This document shows, piece by piece, positions 1 to 13,068 of a stretch of DNA of 64,000 bases (position 1 is its first letter; each line of letters begins with the position of its first letter). This DNA comes from Eledone cirrhosa (Eukaryota): NCBI GenBank assembly GCA_964016885.1, contig OZ024740.1:52514001-52578000 (forward strand), in the 5' to 3' direction. The notes under the pieces were generated by a model. The model had not been told where the DNA came from. It did not search any database and saw only the letters and a program-made list of their open reading frames with translations. Made by a program: the position numbers and the translations under genes.

Positions 1-207
1 ATTCTAATTTCTATGTTGTCTATGTTACCGTCGTGTTGTTGTCTGGCATGTTCGTATAGTACTGAACCGTTTTTTCGTCCTTTTAGTTCCCCCCAGTGTA
101 TGTCTATCCTTTCACCTATGCTACGAGCTGTCTCTCCTATGCATGTTGTAGTCATGTTTCTGCAAGTACCCTCTGTACATCTTATGCTATAGACTACGTT
201 TCTAGAA

Positions 208-500
208 ACGTAATCTATAGCATAAGATGTACAGAGGGTACTTGCAGAAACATGACTACAACATGCATAGGCGAGACAGCTCGTAGCATAGGTGAAAGGA
301 TAGACATACACTGGGGGGAACTAAAAGGACGAAAAAACGGTTCAGTACTATACGAACATGCCAGACAACAACACGACGGTAACATAGACAACATAGAAAT
401 TAGAATAATATCTAAACATAGAAATGACCCAGCAGATAGGCAAATCAGAGAGGCCAGTGAAATAGAACTTAGAAGGCCAAGGCTAAACAGAAAAAATTGA
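208..500 (+). pseudogene. GIY-YIG endonuclease domain of a PLE (5'-truncated)
   Basis: VIY / (Y>C)IG / R / H / E / N motif order in ORF 96..500. Confidence 0.8.
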
Positions 501-820
501 ATGGAATTACAACAACACCCAAGCAAACAACACTGACCTAAGGAAGTATAAATAAATAAATAAATAAATAGATAAATAAATAAATAAATACATACACAAG
601 CACAATAACAACAAACACATATAAACACATACTAGTGAAGATAGAATACATTAACCAATACACAGCCACCCAATCACGAACACAAATCAAACAAAACACT
701 ATACACACACGCAAACGCATGCGCAAAGAAGACAAAATAAAATAAACAAATAAATAAATATATAAACAGACTAAATAAAGATGGCGTAGAAAATACAATG
801 CAACGGTAGGAAACAATAGC

Positions 821-863
821 ACCACTGACGCTGTTGCAGATGTGCAACGAAAGAACTTTGATA
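821..863 (+). ncRNA. Degenerate hammerhead ribozyme in PLE 3' UTR
   Basis: CTGACGC-T-GTTGCA(GATG)TGCAAC-GAAA-GAACTT; homologous to the intact copy at 28169-28213. Confidence 0.45.
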
Positions 864-1118
864 AACTATATATATTTGTTTGTGTCTATATTGTATCTGT
901 GTTATTTTTGACCGTTGGTCAGTCAATGGCAACATTGAGGACCGAATAAATTAGATTACCGATATAAAAGACACAGAAGCGAAAAGCGAAAACCAACCAA
1001 ACAGTGAGGGTGTTCTGTTATTAATTCTGGCAATATTACACAAATATGACCCTCCCCAAGTATAACGATATTTGTTTCGACACACGATTTCATATCAAAA
1101 ACCTCGCAAAACTATATA

Positions 1119-1195
<77 letters not shown>

Positions 1196-1249
1196 AAAAG
1201 AAAAAGAAAAAGAAAAAGAAAATTTCGCTCTACATGGGTGAATACAATA

Positions 1250-1433
1250 AATGTAATCTGAGTTTTTCGAATATTAATTATATCATTCGATTCGTTTGCA
1301 TTTCTGTTCACATGCCAACACAAGAGCAAGAATGAAGGGTTCATTCTACTCACATGGCTATAAAATTGAGGCTTGTTTGCATAATTACAAACGAATCGAA
1401 TGTTATAATTAATATTCGAAAAACTCAGATTAC

Positions 1434-1436
<3 letters not shown>
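1250..1436. repeat. ~49-bp inverted repeat with ~90-bp spacer between (TA)n tracts (fold-back mini-insertion)
   Basis: aatgtaatctgagtttttcgaatattaatt...gtttg versus caaac...aattaatattcgaaaaactcagattacatt. Confidence 0.8.
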
Positions 1437-1516
<80 letters not shown>

Positions 1517-1802
1517 GATATAATTACGGTATGTGCGCATTTCTTCTAACTTTAATTTTACTACTAATTGTGTGTGGTTGATGGTATATTTGGTCGAAGT
1601 CTACATGGTGTCGAAATGTTCGATAAATAATGGAACGGGGCTGCCGCGAAGAGGCTACGGTCGATTGTTTGTCAGAGATTTCCCCATAAGAAAATGTATT
1701 CTTAAAGCTTGCTAGATTTGATTTTGTATATGGTTAATTGTGCTAATTAGAAGAAGAAATAGTATATATTTTAATATCTGATGATTCTAAAGACATGATT
1801 TA

Positions 1803-1882
<80 letters not shown>

Positions 1883-1891
<9 letters not shown>

Positions 1892-1947
1892 TAACAGATT
1901 AAAGTTTAAGCAAAGAATCGCTGCTTTCACCCTTAACGGGATCTTCT
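1883..1947 (-). mobile_element. ~65-bp terminal fragment of the pLTR of the 8431-12877 PLE family, embedded in (TA)n
   Basis: Matches the reverse complement of ~9546-9608 (tattaaaataacagattaaagtttaagcaaagaatcgctgctttcacccttaacgggatcttct). Confidence 0.9.
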
Positions 1948-1973
1948 ATATATATATATAAACGCGAGTTAAA

Positions 1974-2065
1974 ACATATCTGAGGAGCTTCCGATTCCAG
2001 AATCAGGTTCGATCATTAATAGATCGTTCATCGAGCTGATCGACATGGAAACATAGGTAATATGT
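1974..2065 (+). ncRNA. Type I hammerhead ribozyme with extended stem II
   Basis: ACATAT-CTGAGGA-[long hairpin]-GAAA-C(ATAG)G-TA-ATATGT; 6-bp stem I, GUA triplet. Confidence 0.65.
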
Positions 2066-2631
2066 AATTAAATATGTATATGATACAACACTGATTCTTT
2101 GTTCCCTTATATATATAAAGAGAGAGGGGGGGGGGAAAGACAGACAGACAAACAGATAGCTAGATAGATAATCATATGAGTGTATATGAAAGCATAAGGG
2201 ATATGTTTATGTATAATAAATATCCGAGAGTCTCATTATTTCAGTAGCGGGGAGAATGACTGACAGCTATTTTTGGATTTTAATCCGTCAACGGTGATAT
2301 TTACTCACTCGATACTGAGATAAAATAGGTTAAAGCCTATATCGATTTTTCATATGAAACATCGGTTGGATATGCTCACTTGCATATATTGTGAACATGA
2401 CTGATTAAATGGATGTAATTAGAAGGGGGACTAACATAAAGTGGTTCATCATAGTGATGCACATGAAAGCATATACGATATGTTTATGTATAATAAATAT
2501 ACGAGAGTCACTTAAAAGTTGCAAGAGGCTTTAGAGATATTTGTTTACATTTCTTGCAGGTTTTTCAAATGTTCCGGAATAAACAAGAAGGAAAATCATG
2601 CATCTAGTGTTGAGTTTATATTTATGGTACG

Positions 2632-2814
2632 CAGGCCTGCCAACCTTTAAAAACCCAAACGGGGAGTACCATGAATAAAAGTGACCCAAAACGGGGAGAA
2701 ATGAGACAAACTGGGGAGATTTTACACATTGAAAGCTATACCCATTTTCATCTCTCATCCACCCCAAAGTGGGTGGGAGATTTCCCCGTCGGACGGGGAG
2801 AGTTGACAAGTCTG
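2632..2814 (+). mobile_element. ~180-bp MITE, hAT-like imperfect TIRs
   Basis: CAGGCCTGCCAAC ... GTTGACAAGTCTG; second copy in opposite orientation at 40621-40817. Confidence 0.65.
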
Positions 2815-4027
2815 GATACGTTTATTTATTTATTTTTTTTTTTTTGTTCTGAACTAGTAAGATTGACACTGGGAATTGTAGAAGGATGATATTCTGAGGA
2901 GGAGGGTGAAAAAAGGATTCATAGAGGGTGGATACAATATGGATGAAGAGGAATGCCTGATTAAATGTTACATGAAACTAGCCGACTCAGAGGATCAAGA
3001 CCTTATGTAGTAGCGGAGACTTTACTTTCTATGTAGCAGTATAGTAATTAATGCATAGCAGAGCAGGGATATGTATAAAGCACAAAGGACTGTACAAATA
3101 TTATTTCCTGAGTGAATAGATAGTGAAACTACGTTAAAAGAATACCAAGAGTTGAAAACAATGTACAATGTATACAAAACTTCAGATAGATTACCAATTA
3201 ACCGCAATGACAGATATAATTTGATAATTTTCGAAATTAATCAGATCCTAGAGATAATTTTTTTCAGTCATATGGGAAAATTTCCAAAGCTCTTTTCGTC
3301 TACTCTTTTGTTAATAATATCTAATATAGCTCTAAATTATTATCAATTACTTCTCTTTAATTGCATTCATTTTGATTTTCTTGAATAATTATTGATGTTT
3401 CATTAAATTTTTAACAATATATTGTAGTCATTTTTTCTTCTTCTGACAGTGGTAAATCTTTTTATTTATATTTTTATTCAATATCATTTTAAATTGTGCT
3501 TGTCTTTTATGGTAGTTTGTGCAACCCAATATATAATAATACAATTTACCGTCGTTCATATAGTAATTCCATATAATAGCAATCTTAAGTTCTCTGTTGC
3601 TTAACTTACTTACAATCTCAATATCTAAATAATATTCATATAAATCATTCAAACAAGCACATGTATCACTTTTATTCGCATGTTTGTCACATCAAAACTT
3701 ATAATTTCCATTTGATTTATCTCTATAACTTACTATAAACTATACAAACATCTCATTTTGGAAACGAACTGTATATTTTTTCGTTTCAAAATCTCTGAAT
3801 AGTTGGATTTTTAATATCCTGTCCCTAAATCGAAAATATACATAGATTTCTTTATCAGTGCATGTACCTTCATTATCTAGGGGTATATCAATATATATGT
3901 AAACAACATATATATGTAAACAATATATATGTGTGGGTATATATATATTTATATATACATACATATGTATGTGTGTATATATATATAATGCGTATGTATG
4001 GATTTTAGTCTTCACATATATTATTAT

Positions 4028-4075
<48 letters not shown>

Positions 4076-4133
4076 GTTATATATATTCGTTATATATATA
4101 TAGTTTACATATAAATTATATTTATTGTATATC

Positions 4134-4177
4134 GACCTGTTACGCGCGTTTCACAGAGGATTGGCTCAAGGTTACCC
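4134..4177 (-). mobile_element. Mini PLE-type insertion carrying only the 3' half of a hammerhead
   Basis: Minus strand reads GAAAC-GCGC-GTA (palindromic stem III); lies between (TA)n tracts. Confidence 0.5.
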
Positions 4178-4734
4178 ATATATATATATATATATAATGC
4201 TATTTACTTTATATAAAGTGGATAATTTATTCGATGTTTTTTTTTCTTTTGGAAATCAATGAATGTTTACAGAATATTCCTAGTTCAAGCCTTTTTTCTT
4301 ACTCTTAGTTTACACCCATAATTCAGTGTATGTATGTCTGTTGTGGGACGGGTCAATTAGTTGAGCTAGATAAGCATTCTTCTGATTATTGCCCTCAGAA
4401 CAGAAAACCTGGTAACCACAGTCGCACATGATGTTAAACGCTGGCTAGAATTCCTTTTTATTTTTAGAGAAATTTCATTTTACTTTTGGGAAAGAGATAA
4501 TTTATTCTGTGTCCATTCCAATTGAAATGATACATTTTGAAATATTCACTGAAAATTTATGCATTTTCATTTTCTTTTATTCTTTGCTGTAATTCTATTT
4601 TTTTCATTTCTACATATGTAGACATTGTTTAATTTAATATAGTGTTAAGGTTTACCCTGGAGTAACATCTTTCAGGGTATTGCAAATCAATTGTATAACG
4701 AATGAAATTTACTAACTACTTTCTAAGTCTAAAG

Positions 4735-4958
4735 TCTGTCTCAGACCAGAAGGCTCGTTAGGCCGGTGCTTATCCCGGTTTCGTGACGTGAAACGACTGA
4801 GAGTACAAGACTTCCCCTGAGCAGGACGCCAGTCCATCGCAGCTATTACTGGTACTCATTTTCAGCTATGTAATGAAGTGAAATAAAGTATTTACACAAG
4901 AATACAACACGCAACCCAGCCTAGGAATCGAATCCATGACACTAGGCTACGCGCCTCC
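4735..4958 (-). mobile_element. Degenerate tRNA-derived SINE (second family)
   Basis: Minus strand has B-box-like GGATTCGATTCC followed by gtgttgtattcttgtgtaaatactttatttcac and an agtaccag motif. Confidence 0.55.
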
Positions 4959-5274
4959 ATTCTATAACTACTTAATAAGTGTAAATAAAAATGGAGAGAT
5001 TTGCACTAATTCACCAATTCTGATCTTTTGTTCGTAATTGTAAAAGATGCTGTGGCAAAACAGAGAATTGTTAAATTCTATAATAATAATAAATTTATTT
5101 ATCACCACCATGTCTCCACCAACAAGAGTGACTGCCTTTGCTCATGTGCTATTTGTTTACACGTGGTACTAAAGAGAAGAAAATAACACGTGTCTCTACA
5201 CATGGAAATAATTATATGGAGATATATTCAAACGGATGTTATTGGAGCCAATCGAATCTTATATATATATATAT

Positions 5275-5322
5275 AGGAAAATGTTCAAGACCCCGACAGC
5301 AGAGCTCAAGCCGTTTCGACGG

Positions 5323-5323
<1 letters not shown>
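5275..5323 (-). mobile_element. Mini insertion with hammerhead 3' half (same family as 32315-32528)
   Basis: gaccccgacagcagagctcaagccgtttcgacgg between (TA)n tracts. Confidence 0.7.
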
Positions 5324-5361
<38 letters not shown>

Positions 5362-5402
5362 CGAAACATAAGTCAATTGCATGAACTCATAATCCTTTAT
5401 TT

Positions 5403-5458
5403 ACTGCTATATATATTTCGATGATAACCATTGAATGGCTATGACCTCATCAGGCAGT
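5403..5458 (-). ncRNA. Minimal type I hammerhead ribozyme (PLE type)
   Basis: ACTGC-CTGATGA-GGTCATAGCCA(TTCAA)TGGTTATCATC-GAAA-T(ATAT)A-TA-GCAGT. Confidence 0.85.
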
Positions 5459-5689
5459 TAGTCAGTTCTTAGATATGCCAGCTCTGTGTTTATAGTGTTG
5501 ATGGTATATATATATATATATATAACATTTGTTATAGTTTGGTTGAAGTATAATGGAATACGTAAGGCTAAGTTGGTCTTAGAAAGGTGCTACAATGCAA
5601 ATAACACTTCAAATACCGAGATACCAATACCAGAAAAGAAGGAAAGAGAAAAAAGTGCAAAAAAACACCCAAAACAAAGGAACTGAAAT

Positions 5690-6790
5690 GTTACCTGAGA
5701 AATATTCAATAGTTCCTTATAATTTTGGTAAAATACCCATTGACGAGGGAAAATGTTTAAGGATTTTATTATGCGTCTATTGCCAGCATAAAATACATGA
5801 ATGACTAGTTTTCAATTTATGGAAGACTGGAGTCAAGACGAGGTTCATTCGAATAAGTTAACGCCATTCTGTCTTTATTTTTCATGAAAAAGTCCTGCAT
5901 TAATGTTTTCCAGCCCACGCTTCTGTAAATTGATAAGTCCAAGCAAAAGTTAGAATAGTGGCAAGAGGAGTGCATGACGAAGGGAGTGTAGTCTCATTAA
6001 ATATACAATTCGTGTGTGAACGCACTCTGAATACCAACAAGCTATCCTTAATTATAGACATAGACAGATATTGACTCCTTTGTGTTCGAAATCCAGTTAT
6101 GAGGAGCTTACACTCATTAGTCTAGAATGACAAGTCATTTAAGAGGATAGTGTAATATAAACCTACCACATATTAAAGAGCCCTGGGCAGCAGCAACAGT
6201 AACTGTCTAAATATCTAATGGAAGATATATGACAACGGTAGGTCTTAAAAGCCCTTGTTGTTTGGGAGATGTGGTGTCAAAAATGATAGAAGAATCTACT
6301 GTCATATTTGAATCTCCAGAAAGATTCAAAGATAAAGACCCTGCCAAGAACTTTCGATATGATGTTGGAATGTGAGACTTCCATATATTATAACTACTGG
6401 GGATGAAGTTAGCACTAAAAATCGAAAAACACAAGCTGAATTTATTCCCTATAGTAACGCGACTAATAGAAGACTAATAGAAGTGAAATGACGTTGAGCA
6501 TCTTATTTCTGTGTTGTTGATCAAATTGCCAGGACTAACCTTACATACGAGATGAAACTTAACAGATGAATCGCAAGAGGTTTATGTCAAGCTGGTAAGC
6601 TGCAACTAATATGTAATGAAATAGACAGGTTGAGAAGGTCTTTGGTTGAACTTTCATAAATAGGATTTAGGAAATGGTTATTTTACCACAATCAATGATA
6701 AGATAAAAATTTTCTCAGGAAGCGATAGGAATTATAACCATGTAATCATGGTATTAGCTTTATCAGGAATAATACCCCCCATTATATCCT
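5690..6790 (-). pseudogene. Possible highly decayed PLE RT remnant
   Basis: Scattered minus-strand motifs IPDKAN, LRPTV and IIKDS in PLE RT order, upstream of the 5403 hammerhead; many stops. Confidence 0.3.
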
Positions 6791-8000
6791 TATTTAAATA
6801 TAAACCATTTTGAATTGTAATGATCACACTTACAGCATCTCTCTTCACATCGCATGCATAAAAATACACCTAGGGCACTTATCCCTCTTCTCTCCAGGTT
6901 CATGTCTGATCACTGCATACTACTGAAACACACAATGCTACCACGGATGATTGTAGTGAGATGAACTATACTGCATGGTTTCTATTTAACAAGCCTGTGA
7001 GAGTTGAACAATTTTCCCTTGGACACAATACGTTACTGATAAATTGATGTGATTTACTGTAATTGGAAACATAGAAAGTTACTACATTCATATGAGTAAA
7101 TCAGCTTTTGTAAAAATATAAAGAAAAACCTGCGTAGCTTGCTTCTCGCCACTTCTATTGTTAATATTTTAGTGTGACACCAGTAACATTATAACATATT
7201 TTTTTTTTTCATTTCTAGAGAATACATAACTGCTATCAAAGGATATACGCAATAAAATAAAAAAGAAGTAAAGATGGTGAAAACGTATGTACCACTCTGA
7301 AGATAGGAACAATTTCCTTTGCAAGATGATTTATTAATATTTTACTACCGCTCATTCATTGTAGATGCGGTTACCGTAGACAGTTCATTTTCACCTTGAG
7401 AATTTCTGTGTAGACAATTGAATTGGACTGCCATCTTTTCATTCCCCACCACCCAAAAATCAAGGGATTCCGTTTCTAACTTCTGCTTTATTCTCAAGTA
7501 AATCCAATGACTTATCAACTAGTTGTTAGAATAGCAAATGGTCGCAATCTGACTTCATAATTTCCCTTTTCGTGCACAAATATCCGACATCCACCTCAAA
7601 CTGAACAACAATCGCAGTAGAAAGTTGATAATATTTTCATTAAGATACAATTGTTATTTTTTCTATCGAAGACTTTCAACATTAGTTCCTGTTAATCGTC
7701 CATCATAATGCAGCAGTTCTTCAAGTTGTAAATGGAGGAAGTCAGATTCTTTGAACTATAAATATAAAAAGCTTATCTTTAAAGACGTCACTTCGGCATT
7801 TTATCCTATTTCTGTTTCTTTCATGACTGTCGCAATTCTTCTCATTGGTACTTGTATTACTTTGCCTCTTATACAAATTATATTGGGAGTTCTGCTCGTT
7901 ATCATATTCTATAATCGGTAAAGCGTTGAACAAAACTTCTTTGCTCTATTTAGTAACATCCCTTTATGTCATGGGTTCAAATCCCTATGAAAAAACCTTT

Positions 8001-8050
<50 letters not shown>

Positions 8051-8054
<4 letters not shown>

Positions 8055-8382
8055 AAGGTTAAATAAGGTTCAATGAATAAATCAAAGAATGAGTTTTACA
8101 ATAGATTGGAAGCACTCAACAGTTATGGTTTTTCCGGAGTTTTTAATATTAATTCAAAATATTAACAAAAATAGACATTCGTGTGATCAAGTATATTTTA
8201 TTATACATATTTCAGAGGTACTGAGCTATCTTCAACAGTACGTCCTCATCAGATAAAATAAGATGATGCATGACATACTCTGACATAGAGGACGTACTGT
8301 TGAAGATAGCTCAGTACCTCTGAAATATGTATAATAAAATATACTTGATCACACGAATGTCTATTCTTGTTAATATTTTGAA

Positions 8383-8388
<6 letters not shown>
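8051..8388 (-). mobile_element. Fold-back mini-element: PLE 3' end plus ~100-bp inverted copy, flanked by (TA)n
   Basis: 8146-8247 is the reverse complement of 8289-8388; the left arm continues ~95 nt further to the (TA)n. Confidence 0.85.
8194..8260 (-). ncRNA. Type I hammerhead ribozyme
   Basis: TATTTTAT-CTGATGA-GGACGTACTG...CAGTACCTCT-GAAA-T(ATGT)A-TA-ATAAAATA; 8-bp stem I. Confidence 0.8.
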
Positions 8389-8435
<47 letters not shown>

Positions 8436-9538
8436 ATAATAATAAATTTGAAGACTAAAATCCAAAGAGGGCTCGATAAGGATAAATATATATAAAATAT
8501 ATAAGAACCGTAGAGCAAATATTTATTAAAATAACAGATTAAATTTTAAGCAAAGAATCGCTGCTTTCACCCTTAACGGGATCTTCTGAAACTAACAAAG
8601 TCAATCTGTAAACGCAGAACTGGATATTTCAAAAAACGTTGCAACCGGAGGAAGACAGGAAGACGATACTTTGGTTCGTGGAAACGTTCGCTGGCTAAGA
8701 ACGGGAAATAACGAATATAATACATCATTAATAGGAGCGGTGAAAAACAATTACGCGCAAAGTCAGAACCACGTTTATGGTATAATAGAGGTCGTAGACT
8801 AATGTTCTCTTAGGTGGTGCATAGAGACGTTCTCTGGCGATGAACGAAAAAAACGAAGATAATACGTCATATGTGGATCGTGGAGAACAATAGCACGCAA
8901 AGACAAAACCACGTAAATGGTATAGCAGAAGTGGTAGACTAAATTCTAACTAGGAGACCGAATGAATCTCCGCTACGGAGTTAAGAACAAAGTAAATAAA
9001 TACAATACAGAAGTAATAGAAATAAATAAATACATACACGCAAACAGAAACGTACATAGGTAAACAAAACCACGCACATATAGATATGTGTGTGTGTGTG
9101 TAAGCGTATATACAAATAAATAAATAATTATTTATTTACTTTGTTCTTAACTCCGTAGCGGAGATTCATTCGGTCTCCTAGTTAGAATTTTAGTCTACCA
9201 CTTCTGCTATAACATTTACGTGGTTTTGTCTTTGCGTGCTATTGTTCTCCACATTCCACATATGACGTATTATCTTTGTTTTTTTCGTTCATCGCCAGAG
9301 AACGTCTCTATGCACCACCTAAGAGAACATTAGTCTACGACCTCTATTATACCATAAACGCGGTTCTGACTTTGCGCGTAATTGTTTTTCACCGCTCCTA
9401 TTAATGACGTATTATATTCGTTTTATCCCGTTCTTAGCCAACGAACGTTTCCACGAACCAAAGTATCGTCTTCCTGTCTTCCTCCGGTTGCAACGTTTTT
9501 TGAAATATCCAGTTCTGCGTTTACAGATTGACTTTGTT

Positions 9539-9589
9539 AGTTTCAGAAGATCCCGTTAAGGGTGAAAGCAGCGATTCTTTGCTTAAACT
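9539..9589 (+). ncRNA. Hammerhead-like motif with variant core CAGAAGA in pLTR (also 8543-8593 minus and 12803-12853 plus)
   Basis: AGTTT-CAGAAGA-TCCC(GTTAA)GGGT-GAA-AGCA(GCGATTCTT)TGCT-T-AAACT. Confidence 0.6.
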
Positions 9590-9743
9590 TTAATCTGTTA
9601 TTTTAATAAATATTTGCTCTACGGTTCTTATATATTTTATATATATTTATTCTTATCGAGCCCTCTTTGGATTTTAGTCTTCAAATTTATTATTATTACT
9701 ATTTGGCTCCCTCGGTTGAGCACTCTACTGACTTATATTCATC

Positions 9744-11874
9744 ATGCAGAAACAACATCTGAATATTTCTACAAAGAACATACCCGTACCAAGCAGGAAA
9801 ACATACCTAAAACTCCTGATACAGAAAACAGACGCGTTCATTAAAAGGTTGTGTTGGCGGGCCTTTTACTTCGATAATCCGCGAAAAGCAGACAACAAAC
9901 AGGATAAATTTGGATTTAAAACCTATAATAACCCCCCCCGTGTAACCCAGCATTGCTACCCTTCGAAAATGATGTCTTGGAACTCATTCGGAGTATCAAA
10001 TTTCGGAATAGGAGCAATTCCTTCCAGCTAGACCTGAAGAATAGAATTCGTTCTATTAAGGATTCTAATGCCGTGCACGTCCATTCCGACAAAACAGGCA
10101 ACCTATATCAAGTGGAGCGCAGTACTTACCATCAACTACTACATAATGCTGTAACTAAGGATTACCGTAAAACTAATCGGTGCGTCATCAATGAAATCAA
10201 CGATGCTGGGTTTAAAATCACATCTGATCTCAACATCCTGGACCGGACCGAACCTCTGGACCCTATTTCTCCCCACTTTACCCTGAAGGATCACAAATCC
10301 AATTTTCCGAACAACCCCTCTATTCGGCTCATTAACCCTACGAAGTCCGATTTAGGTAGACTTAGTAAGACGATTCTTGATAGAATTATACCTGAAATTA
10401 GAAGTTTGGCCCCTCTTGCACTGTGGAACAATTCCTTCGCGGTGATTGATTGGTTCAACGGCATATGTAACAAGGTACATTGCCGTTTTATTCAATTCGA
10501 CATCAACAATTACTACTCCTCCATCACTTTACCACTTCTCCTTAGAGCTATCAATTTCGCTAAAACACTCACAGTGGTTAAGGATTTCGAAGTTGATGTT
10601 ATCCTCAATGCCCGTAAGTCGGTGATTAATTTCGACGACTCTATTTGGATAAAAAAATCCAATAGTACCCCATTCGACGTGAGTATGGGCGCCAGTGATT
10701 CTGCGGAGGTTACTGATCTTATCGGCCTTTTCCTTCTTTTCTCTATCAAGGACGAATTCCCCAACGCGGGCGGTGGTTTGTACCGTTCGATGGTCTTTTG
10801 ACCATGACTAAGTGCGGACCTCGTGCTTGCGACAGGTTCAGAAAAGAACTCACAGCCTTCTTTAAAGGCTTCAACCTCTCTATACAGGTTGAGGCCAATC
10901 TCTCCGTCGTTAATTACCTCGACGTTACCCTCAACTTATTGAATGGGTTGTATTACCCGTATAGAAAGCCGAATGATACGCTTAATTACTTAAGTAAGCA
11001 TTCCAACCATCCTGCCAGCATAACCAAGAACCTGGTAAGAAACGTTTCGTTGAGGCTTTCCCGTCTTTCCACCAACGAGCGTATTTTCAACGACCATTCC
11101 ACTTATTACAATGAAGCTCTTGCTCGAAGTCGATTTGTCGATAAGGTAGCATATACAGAGTACGAAAATAGACCTAGAAGAAATAGATCCCGTCGCATGT
11201 GTTGGTATAACCCACCATATAATATGGAGGTGGCCACACCATTAGCTAAGATCTTTCTTTCCCTTATTACGAAGCATTTTCCCCCTACACATAAATATAG
11301 TAAAGTTTTTAATAGAAATACTATTAAAATTTCTTACTCTACGACTCCTAACCTTGCACATAACATCACAGCTTCAAATTTAGCTAAACTACCTAGCCGT
11401 AGGAACACGTGCAACCCTGTAGTTAGTACTAACTGTAATTGTAGGAATCGGGTTGATTGCCTCCTATCCGGGAAATGCCTCTCTAGTAACATTGTCTACA
11501 AATGTAAGGTTGTAACACCCACGTCCCGTAGGGCCTACATAGGTTTAACCGCCAATAGATTCAAGCAGCGTCTTTACATGCATACCAATTCTTTTCGTTA
11601 CCCTCTAGGAAGGAATATGACGTCACTTTCAGCTTATATCTGGAGTCTAAAAGACAACCACACCCAATATAAGTTACACTGGGAGATCCTAGCTAGGGCT
11701 AGATCGTATAACGGAAATAAAAGACCATGTGACCTCTGCGCCGCTGAGGCCCTGGAAATACTCTACGCCACAGACCACATCTTAAACAAAAAATCTGAGC
11801 CAATTTCGGCTTGTAAACATAAATTGCACAAAACTTTCCTGTATTACAGCCCCACGTTATACCCTAACGGATAG
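9744..11874 (+). pseudogene. PLE RT + GIY-YIG polyprotein with two frameshifts (~9940 poly-C; ~10787 in the YRDD motif)
   Basis: ORFs 9744, 9953 and 10798 join: DKTGNLY, LKDHK, RLINP, FDINNYYSSI, MGASDSAEV, GLYR-(D lost)-DGL, NYLDV, YRKP, SNHP, CNC..C..C, IVY..YIG, CDLC, LNK. Confidence 0.93.
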
Positions 11875-12983
11875 TACGATCTATACGTGGATATTTTACG
11901 TCTCGATGTGGGAGCTAAGTATATGTTTTGTTTATACCTTTACTTTTTTGCATAGGTAAGTATATATTATCCGTATGTTTTGTGAAGGTACGTATACCTT
12001 CTCGTACGTATATTTGATTATTATGGCGTATAATTTTTTAATATATTCTGGTACATATGGTTCGGCTATGTGTATACGGGAGTTTTGCGTCTGTGTGAGT
12101 ATGCAGGTTCGTACGTATGTAGGGCGTGTGTATATGTGTACTTCATGTTTTGGTTGACTTACGTCTCCGAACATTCGTGTATTTACATGTAGGTATGTGT
12201 GTGCGCTTGTTATATACGTATTTATTTATTTATATACGTTTATATAATTATTTATTTATTTGTATACACGCTTACACACACACACACATATTTATATGTG
12301 CGTGGTTTTGTTTACCTATGGTAAGTTTTTGCGTATGCTTGTGTGTGTACGTTTCTGTTTGCGTGTATGTATTTATTTATTTCTATTACTTCTGTATTGT
12401 ATTTATTTACTTTGTTCTTAACTCCGTAGCGGAGATTCATTCGGTCTCCTAGTTAGAATTTAGTCTACCACTTCTGCTATACCATTTACGTGGTTTTGTC
12501 TTTGCGTGCTATTGTTCTCCACGATCCACATATGACGTATTATCTTCGTTTTTTTCGTTCATCGCCAGAGAACGTCTCTATGCACCACCTAAGAGAACAT
12601 TAGTCTACGACCTCTATTATACCATAAACGTGGTTCTGACTTTGCGCGTAATTGTTTTTCACCGCTCCTATTAATGACGTATTATATTCGTTTTTTCTTA
12701 GCCAGCGAACGTTACCACGAACCAAAGTATCGTCTTCCTGTCTTCCTCCGGTTGCAACGTTTTTTAAAATATCCAGTTCTGCGTTTACAGATTAACTTTG
12801 TTAGTTTCAGAAGATCCCGTTAAGGGTGAAAGCAGCGATTCTTTGCTTAGACTTTAATCTGTTATTTTAATAAATATATATATATATCTTTAAGTCGTTT
12901 GGAAGCCTCGACAATGCAAATGGGTAAATATATTGAAAGGGTAACAAGGACGATTGATTATTCCTTCATTGCATTTATTGATA

Positions 12984-13068
12984 GGTGACGCGCGTTTCGC
13001 CACTGATCAGCTCAAAGTTCGATCTATATCGATCCTACCCGACTCAATAATCGGCAGCTCGACGGACC
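12984..13068 (-). ncRNA. Degenerate hammerhead with long stem II
   Basis: GGT-CCGTCGA-GCTGCCGATTA...TGATCAGTGGC-GAAAC(GCGC)GTC-ACC. Confidence 0.5.

Larger units (their letters stand above)
1..1112 (+). mobile_element. Penelope-like element 3' fragment (GIY-YIG region plus 3' UTR/pLTR), preceded by a zero-spacer inverted copy
   Basis: ORF 96-500 contains NVIYSIRC...CIGETARSIGERIDIH...SVLYEHARQQH...RQIREASEI...PRLN, a PLE GIY-YIG pattern. Bases 1-203 are the reverse complement of 204-406. The element ends at a (TA)n tract. Confidence 0.85.
8431..12877 (+). mobile_element. Near full-length EN+ Penelope-like element (Nematis/Hydra-like): inverted pLTR, direct pLTR, ORF, 3' pLTR, inserted in (TA)n
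   Basis: 8431-9128 is the reverse complement of the 3' region; 9129-9701 is a direct copy of ~12400-12877 plus a ~90-nt tail; RT and GIY-YIG ORF lies between; TA tracts on both sides. Confidence 0.95.

Noticed and set aside
10796-10803. Recoded TGA (selenocysteine or readthrough) in the PLE ORF
   Set aside because: The stop results from a frameshift in the YRDD codons; the correct frame continues without TGA.
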